Shown here piece by piece: positions 57,827 to 64,000 of a DNA stretch of 64,000 nucleotides. Made by a program: the position numbers and the translations under genes. The stretch is from Candidatus Magasanikiibacteriota bacterium (GTDB lineage: Bacteria; Patescibacteriota; Patescibacteriia; Magasanikbacterales; UBA922). The notes below the pieces were generated by a model. The model was not told the DNA's origin. It did no database searches and was given only the letters and a program-made list of their open reading frames with translations. The DNA lies in the NCBI GenBank assembly GCA_041665025.1, contig JBAYJP010000006.1, positions 5,440 to 69,439 on the forward strand, read 5' to 3'. Numbering within the stretch: position 1 is the stretch's first letter; every line of letters begins with the position of its first letter.

Positions 57827-57858
57827 ATAAAACTCTCCGTTATCCCGGAGAGTTTTAT
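57827..57858. terminator. Bidirectional terminator
   Basis: ataaaactctccg-ttatcc-cggagagttttat. Confidence 0.75.
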
Positions 57859-57881
57859 AATCTGTAATATCTGTCGGCAAA

Positions 57882-59891
57882 TTATTTCAACAATATCTCC
57901 TCCCCTTCTCCCGTTATCTGTTGATTTAAAACAGTATCAAGCGCTTGAACTTTTACTTTTGAAGTAAGATTGGTCTGGGTTGGATTGTCAGTAACTATTT
58001 CAACGTCAAACTGCATAGCCAATACATCACTACTAAGGGGTATCTCGGGTATGGTCCAAACAAGTTTTTTTGTCTTTTCATCAAATTGAGCCGTGCCCCC
58101 CGTCACTTGTTCATCATCCAACAATACCTTTACGTCTCCGTAAATATCTGCAGTAAGTTTAACATCTTTTAGCGGATGAAATGAATTGGATAAAAGCCAG
58201 ATAACGGTATGTACGGCATTTCCTTCTGCGTTTGTTGTGATTTCGTTACGGACTTCAACTCCCATATCAGAAGCGACAGTCAAAAGGACTTCATTACTGC
58301 GCACGATAAATGAATCACTACCATGTTGTAGTTCGACGACCTGCGTAATGCGAGATGCACTATAATTTGAAAGCGTCGTTTCAGTGCCATTTTTAATAGG
58401 CAAACTTACATCAATCAAAACTTCTTGCCCTGGATCAAGGCGTCCTAGCTCTGGAATATATCTCTTATCCCAGGTAATAACACCTCTACGAACATCTTCT
58501 GAAATTTGTTCGCCATTTATATCCGCATCATAGAGCGAATCGAGTCTCGGCCAGGCGAGCATACTTTTGTTTGAGTATGACGGAGCGTCGATAAAAAGAC
58601 GAACCTGAGCATTTTCAATAGGTGTATTGCCAGAATTTTTAACTACAATACTTGTGTTTAATGACTGGCCGGGCATAACAGACAAACCACTCATCCCTCC
58701 GTTAACTGCAAGGGTTAATACGGTATCAGTCTTTTGTATGGCAAATTCTTTTTCAACTTCTGAAAGTACTACCCCATCGCCTGTTCGATCTGCCGAATTC
58801 CAGCCAAGCAACTTCACCTTAAGCGTTGAAGAAGAATCCTGTTCACCGCTAAATGAGCCCGTTAATGTAAAGACACGCTCTTGGTCAAGCTTATCAAATG
58901 TCCACAAACAGCCTTTTCCTGCATCAGGAGATGGAGAAGAATGTTCTGCCTTTAGAGAAAACTCTCCAGATTCGCATGACAGCGCCAAATTTTCAATTGT
59001 CTTACCATCTATAGGAGCTACTTTTACAGAAAAAGATACCTCAGAACCAAATGAAATTTGTGCGGGCGATTCAATTGAAATTGAAGCCACCGGATCAGCC
59101 AACGACAACGCTATGTGAGAAACTTTTTGAAATTCTGAACTAAAGTTTGCGGGAGTATAGTTCAAAAATACACGTATAGATTGATCTGTGTTCAAATCTC
59201 CATATGCTTTCCCCGTAATATCTATAAAGCCACTGGCCTGAGGTTCAATGCTCCCCAAACGCCAGACATCATGAGTGTCATTGCTTGCAGGCAAGGTGCT
59301 TGTACTAAACAAAAAACCTTTTGGATATTTCACTTCAAGCACCACATTTGAAAGGGCAACATTTTGTGCATTGCGATACCGCACACGATAGACCACCTCC
59401 TGTCCTACTTTTATTTTTTCTTCACCTGAAATTGAGAGGATTACATCTTCCTGAGAAAAATGACTACGCGGTTGAACCACAAAAAAACCTACCCATGCAA
59501 TTACTGCTAACAATGCACACGACAATAACAAAACTAAAAGAGCACTCATCACCCGGTGTCGTTTGCGGCCGTCAAATTTTTTCATGTCAGGCATTGAACC
59601 ATCACCATTTTCATAAATCTCTGTCAATTGTTTTTCTATATGATCCTCATTTTGAAGAGGACTAAATTCATTTTCTGGTTGTTCTTTTCTTGGAGAAACT
59701 AGTAATTTTTTCTTTTTAATAATTCTCTTTGGCTTCTTTACTTTTTCAACTTTATCAACTTTATCAACTACAGAATCAAAAGGTACTTGGGTACTATCTA
59801 CCTTATCCTCTAGATTTTTGGTGACAAATTCATGATCTTCCAAAATAGAAGTGGGTTCCTTTTCGTCAATATTTTTTTTCTTTTTAGGCAT
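57882..59891 (-). CDS. Membrane-anchored protein with tandem Ig-like (DUF11-like) domains
   Basis: Charged cytoplasmic N-terminus, one TM, and VGQEVVYRVRYRN...W.LG.I.P modules. Confidence 0.75.
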   Translation of the reverse strand: MPKKKKNIDEKEPTSILEDHEFVTKNLEDKVDSTQVPFDSVVDKVDKVEKVKKPKRIIKKKKLLVSPRKEQPENEFSPLQNEDHIEKQLTEIYENGDGSMPDMKKFDGRKRHRVMSALLVLLLSCALLAVIAWVGFFVVQPRSHFSQEDVILSISGEEKIKVGQEVVYRVRYRNAQNVALSNVVLEVKYPKGFLFSTSTLPASNDTHDVWRLGSIEPQASGFIDITGKAYGDLNTDQSIRVFLNYTPANFSSEFQKVSHIALSLADPVASISIESPAQISFGSEVSFSVKVAPIDGKTIENLALSCESGEFSLKAEHSSPSPDAGKGCLWTFDKLDQERVFTLTGSFSGEQDSSSTLKVKLLGWNSADRTGDGVVLSEVEKEFAIQKTDTVLTLAVNGGMSGLSVMPGQSLNTSIVVKNSGNTPIENAQVRLFIDAPSYSNKSMLAWPRLDSLYDADINGEQISEDVRRGVITWDKRYIPELGRLDPGQEVLIDVSLPIKNGTETTLSNYSASRITQVVELQHGSDSFIVRSNEVLLTVASDMGVEVRNEITTNAEGNAVHTVIWLLSNSFHPLKDVKLTADIYGDVKVLLDDEQVTGGTAQFDEKTKKLVWTIPEIPLSSDVLAMQFDVEIVTDNPTQTNLTSKVKVQALDTVLNQQITGEGEEILLK

Positions 59892-59987
59892 AATATGTTC
59901 GAGAAAGTAACGAATAAGTTATAATGTTCCAAATTATAAAACCTCAAAACCGTTAAAACTTTATAACTTCTAACTTTATAACTTCGT

Positions 59988-62591
59988 TTAATATTTCTTC
60001 ATCACCACACCCGCAATAATATCCTCAGTAAATGGTTTTTCAAATGATTCTCCATTCACAGACACATTGACACCATCCCCTGTCTTCCATACAGGCCTCC
60101 AATTTGGGGGATAAATAACTGTGTGTTTTATTGTACTATCTGATCCAGATTGTTTCTGAAAAATAACATTATAGGTAGATAGTTGTTCATCTCCGCTAGC
60201 TCTTTCAAGCAATGAAGCAACCGATACAAATGATTGCTCAGAAATCGTTTTGGCAGAAACAGTAAAGGGAAGCTTGTACGTAAAATACACACGAGCATCT
60301 TCTTCCGGCTTGGTAACAATCCAATTGCCAAATGCGGTTTTGCCAAATTCTGTTGTGATACGCGTGCCTGTCTTTACATGTATCGACTCTTCTTTTTCAT
60401 ATGCACTCAAATCAATATCTTCCTTATATTCTCGAGGTGGCACACTAAATGATGCTTCGTCTGGATAGGTAAATCCTCCGGCATCAAGCAATTCAGACCC
60501 TTCCGGCACATACATGCGGATATAACTACTGTTGAATTCATCATACAAAAGAGCAGGGTTGTCTCCTTCGTGTGAACGTGTAATCCAAACCGTATCAATA
60601 ATAGAACCATCCTCTTGCACAACAGCTTGATGTTCAATAATTTGTTTCAACTGTGCATTGCTCTTTCCTCCCCCAATGTTTGCATCCACAAGCATGAAAT
60701 AGTCCTGATTTTGCTTGGTGTCAATAATATCACCTGTCCAACCATAATTTCCGACAAGCGACTGAATGCGTTCGTCTGAAAAATATAATTGTATTTCTTT
60801 TTCATCCAAAGCACCGCTGAGCTCGCCGAGCAACAAGACAACCTGCTTCGCGTCTATACGTGAGACTCCATTCAAAAGCTGGTCCAGTAAAACTGACAGA
60901 ATTGCTTTGGGCTTATTTTCTTCCTTATTATCATAATTTTGGATTTGATATTCTAATTGTGATAATGCGTTATCCGCGTCAAATACCACATTACTTTGTG
61001 CATCATACGTAGGTCCAAGCACGCGCAATAGACGCTCGAGTACGCTTGCATTTATCGCGATAACGCCATCGACCGTGCTATTTCTGCTATGCTGATAAAA
61101 CCACGCCATTTTTTGTGCAGAAGCAGGGAAATCAGGAAACCAGTTGCTATCTTGAAATTCCCATCGCTTATTGAGAAGCTGGAGAGGAAGCGGAGGCTTC
61201 ACAAATGTATCCAGTTGTCCTTGTACATCATACGTACCGCCTCCTGGAATCTCCATATTTAATACTTTTCCATTTTGGACATCTACAACCGCAAAACTTC
61301 CTGCAAAACCACCAGTTGGGCGCAATTCATATTGATTTTGAAATATAACTAGATATCGTTTAAACCCTTCACCGCCCATCATGAGCTGAATAGATTCAAT
61401 AATATCATCCATTTCATGCATATCAGAAACAAAGGCGCCAAACAATGTCTTGAAATCCTCAAATGATTCTTGGTGTTCAGCAGGTACTGCGGTCGACTGC
61501 ACTGTCTGTAAATAAGCCACGGCTTGTTCATACTGCGGAATAGCACTGCGCAAATGTTGCTTGATAATGCCAAGCCTACTAATAAGCGTACCCTCGCCAT
61601 CTTGTGTTGCTTCGCTGAGACCCTTTACTAAATACGTATTTCCAAGTGCCAAACTATGTCCCGCAAGAAGCAAAGACTGGCGGCTCTTGATTTGCGTCCC
61701 AACTATCGGCAACATCTCTCCGACATACACGAGCGCCTTATACTCTTTATCAAGCAATTCTTCCGCGCTATGAAAAGACTGGAGCGCGGAAGTAAGATCA
61801 AACTGTGCTTGACCAATGTTGTTATGAAATACAGCAACGGTGGAAGATTGCAAAGATAAAAATGCATTCGTACTATTTTCTATAATTTTGTTTGTATCGC
61901 TCTGGACCTTGCGATACAATCCAAGTGCGGGATATGGAATTGCAGCAATGAGGACAAACACAAGTGTACTTAAAGCAAATTTCTTGATATGAATATGATC
62001 TAAACACGAAATACATGCATCTTGTACATGCCGTAATACGCCAATGATAGCACCATACATGCTTCGAAATGGATTGAACTTGGGTACTTTAAATCCGTTT
62101 GACTTTTTCTTTTTCAAAAGAGCAGGATCAGAATAACGAAATATTGCTTCAGGAGAATTCTCGACAGGTGCAAAAGTCTGTTCATTTTGGTATTCAGCAA
62201 TTTCTTTCAAAATATCCACGCCGACAGTCTTGTCTGCATAAGTATCTTCAACCTGTGCAGTATTGACGACACCTTTGTTTGCCGTCCTCACCAAATGTGC
62301 AAAATCTATTTTTTTTCGTTCCATATTTCGTGGACGCGCGTCCTCGTATACGGGAATTTCATAAGATGGTTTCGTCTGTTTTTCACCACCAGGCAATTCC
62401 ATACGGTGTGGGGACAAAGACCACGAAGGCAAAACTCGAACAACCACGCTTTGAGGTGGTTTTTTATTTTCTTGTTTCGGTGACCCTTGTGCATGGGCAG
62501 GGCCACTTGAAATGCATGTTCGTGCGTTATGACCAAAACGTCCGCACGTGGAACATGCACGGGGTTCTACCCTCCTCTTTTGGTTCTTCAT
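59988..62591 (-). CDS. DUF4012 domain membrane protein with N-terminal CCHC zinc knuckle
   Basis: YLVIFQNQYELRPTGGFAGS, DSNWFPDFP, DGVIAIN, DANIGGGKSN; CSTCGRFGHNARTC. The ATG at 62591 is preferred. Confidence 0.85.
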   Translation of the reverse strand: MKNQKRRVEPRACSTCGRFGHNARTCISSGPAHAQGSPKQENKKPPQSVVVRVLPSWSLSPHRMELPGGEKQTKPSYEIPVYEDARPRNMERKKIDFAHLVRTANKGVVNTAQVEDTYADKTVGVDILKEIAEYQNEQTFAPVENSPEAIFRYSDPALLKKKKSNGFKVPKFNPFRSMYGAIIGVLRHVQDACISCLDHIHIKKFALSTLVFVLIAAIPYPALGLYRKVQSDTNKIIENSTNAFLSLQSSTVAVFHNNIGQAQFDLTSALQSFHSAEELLDKEYKALVYVGEMLPIVGTQIKSRQSLLLAGHSLALGNTYLVKGLSEATQDGEGTLISRLGIIKQHLRSAIPQYEQAVAYLQTVQSTAVPAEHQESFEDFKTLFGAFVSDMHEMDDIIESIQLMMGGEGFKRYLVIFQNQYELRPTGGFAGSFAVVDVQNGKVLNMEIPGGGTYDVQGQLDTFVKPPLPLQLLNKRWEFQDSNWFPDFPASAQKMAWFYQHSRNSTVDGVIAINASVLERLLRVLGPTYDAQSNVVFDADNALSQLEYQIQNYDNKEENKPKAILSVLLDQLLNGVSRIDAKQVVLLLGELSGALDEKEIQLYFSDERIQSLVGNYGWTGDIIDTKQNQDYFMLVDANIGGGKSNAQLKQIIEHQAVVQEDGSIIDTVWITRSHEGDNPALLYDEFNSSYIRMYVPEGSELLDAGGFTYPDEASFSVPPREYKEDIDLSAYEKEESIHVKTGTRITTEFGKTAFGNWIVTKPEEDARVYFTYKLPFTVSAKTISEQSFVSVASLLERASGDEQLSTYNVIFQKQSGSDSTIKHTVIYPPNWRPVWKTGDGVNVSVNGESFEKPFTEDIIAGVVMKKY

Positions 62592-62722
62592 TTTACCTAG
62601 ACTATGTATGAAGTAATATGATACAAGTATACCATATATACACAAACAAAAAAATGCCTCTCGGCGATTGTTTGTGTGTACAACTCTCGACCCAAAAACA
62701 AAAAAACCACCTATCATGGTGG

Positions 62723-63874
62723 TCAATGTTTGTCTGATGTTTTTTCATATATTTCCAACGTCTCTCTCGCCAATTTATTCCATGAAAATTGCTTGAGATG
62801 CTGTCGGGCATTTTCATGAAGTTCCATTTGAATATCTTTGTTAGATAATACCCCATACATTACGTCAGCAATTTGCTCTACGTTTTCTGGATCAAAATAC
62901 ATAGCCGCCTCCCCCAAAATCTCGGGCAAACAACTCGCGTTGGACGAGACAACAGGCGTACCACAACTCATTGCTTCAAGCGGAGGCAAACCAAATCCTT
63001 CATACAAGCTAGGAAACACATACAAGTGGGCATTTTCATATAAACCGATCAACGTTTCGTCATCGACAAATCCTGTGAAAACCACTGACTGATGATGGTT
63101 GATTGTTGATTTCAATCTTTTGTAGAAATAGTCTTCCTTGCCTACCAAGACGAGCTGATAATTTTTTCCATATTTTTCCTCAAACATTTTCCACGCTTCA
63201 ACCAACTTCTCTAAGTTCTTGTGCGGATACGCGGCTCCAACATATAAAATATATGGCTTATTAATATTATATGTTTTTAACATTTTTTCTTCTTTTTTGC
63301 TTTCTTGCTCCCTTTCCCGTGTCTCTTGTTCTCTATCTCTCAGTTCAAATGGAGCCTGATATGTCACCACGATTTTTTCTTTTGAGACACCTAGAGTTTT
63401 GACTATATCGTGCAACGTAAACTGGCTCGTTGTGATAATGCAATGGGATTTTTTCACTGCACGCCGAACAACAAAACGATGAATTTTGTCTTTCATCCAA
63501 AAAATAACCGGCCCAAGTGTGGTGGCTTCTGCACGCGGGTAGTGAAACATAATAAGATCATGGATAGTCACTACAAACGGTCCGCGATATAAAATAGGTA
63601 CATTGAAATGAGGAAAATGCATGAGATCCAGATTTTGCTTTCGTATGACAGAAGGCAAAATCAACTGCTCTTGAAACGAATACCAGGGTATATCTACTTT
63701 TACTTTTTGAAAATTACCTGCCTTTGGATTGTACGTATCCCAATTTTCAGAACGTAAAAAAATAAAGTATTGATTGACAGTATCAATCTGTTCTAAATAT
63801 GCTATAAGTTGTTCAATGTAGCGCCCTATCCCAAATGAGGGCCCCAGCATGCGTGCGTCTATCCCTATCTTCAT
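62723..63874 (-). CDS. GT4 (family 1) glycosyltransferase
   Basis: MKIGIDAR, TIHDL, PHKN, PSLYEGFGLPPLEAM. Confidence 0.93.
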   Translation of the reverse strand: MKIGIDARMLGPSFGIGRYIEQLIAYLEQIDTVNQYFIFLRSENWDTYNPKAGNFQKVKVDIPWYSFQEQLILPSVIRKQNLDLMHFPHFNVPILYRGPFVVTIHDLIMFHYPRAEATTLGPVIFWMKDKIHRFVVRRAVKKSHCIITTSQFTLHDIVKTLGVSKEKIVVTYQAPFELRDREQETREREQESKKEEKMLKTYNINKPYILYVGAAYPHKNLEKLVEAWKMFEEKYGKNYQLVLVGKEDYFYKRLKSTINHHQSVVFTGFVDDETLIGLYENAHLYVFPSLYEGFGLPPLEAMSCGTPVVSSNASCLPEILGEAAMYFDPENVEQIADVMYGVLSNKDIQMELHENARQHLKQFSWNKLARETLEIYEKTSDKH

Positions 63875-64000
63875 ACCAAATTTCTTATAAGAAGTTACCT
63901 AATACACCTCTGTCGATGGTATTGTAACAAACTGAAGGACTAGAAACAAGCTCTGTGCAACATATATAGTCCATCGCGTTTTTATTATATTGATACCCTT

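Noticed and set aside
7826-59986. Short tandem arrays as CRISPR arrays
   Set aside because: The units are 7-9 bp with no unique spacers, and there are no cas genes.
62544-62556. cacgtggaaca as a parS site
   Set aside because: It is only a half match to TGTTTCACGTGAAACA, lies inside a CDS and is far from parAB.
63885-64000. 3' end of an upstream minus-strand gene
   Set aside because: Two short frames are open, with too little sequence to assign a frame or product.

Overview
This 64-kb chromosomal segment is low in GC (roughly 35-40% by eye). It most likely comes from a Patescibacteria/CPR (Parcubacteria-type) bacterium. That assignment is inferred from a VirB2/TrbC-like pilin fusion, a DUF4012 protein, a giant Cys-rich surface protein, tRNA-Arg(GCG), and AT-rich, SD-less start codons. 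The housekeeping backbone is radA, recG, der, pth, dprA, folC, topA, rel, parAB, scpAB, aspS, rsmA, tsaC, rpmF, nusB, rnc and six intact tRNAs. Large secreted or envelope proteins and a REP-associated tyrosine transposase are interspersed. Three things stand out. (1) Between topA and rel lie two adjacent promoter-to-terminator small-RNA units; the free 5' end of one is complementary (13/14 nt) to the apical stem-loop of the other. (2) Two GC-rich (about 60-70%) single-gene cassettes have AT-rich sigma70 promoters, structured leaders (one about 470 nt) and strong SD sequences, unlike the resident genes. (3) REP-like palindromes and inverted 7/8/9-mer arrays occupy many intergenic gaps and are also inserted in frame in radA, recG, folC, rsmA, a glycosyltransferase, the RAYT itself and a tRNA-Leu fragment. 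All calls were made by eye; no database searches or folding programs were run.
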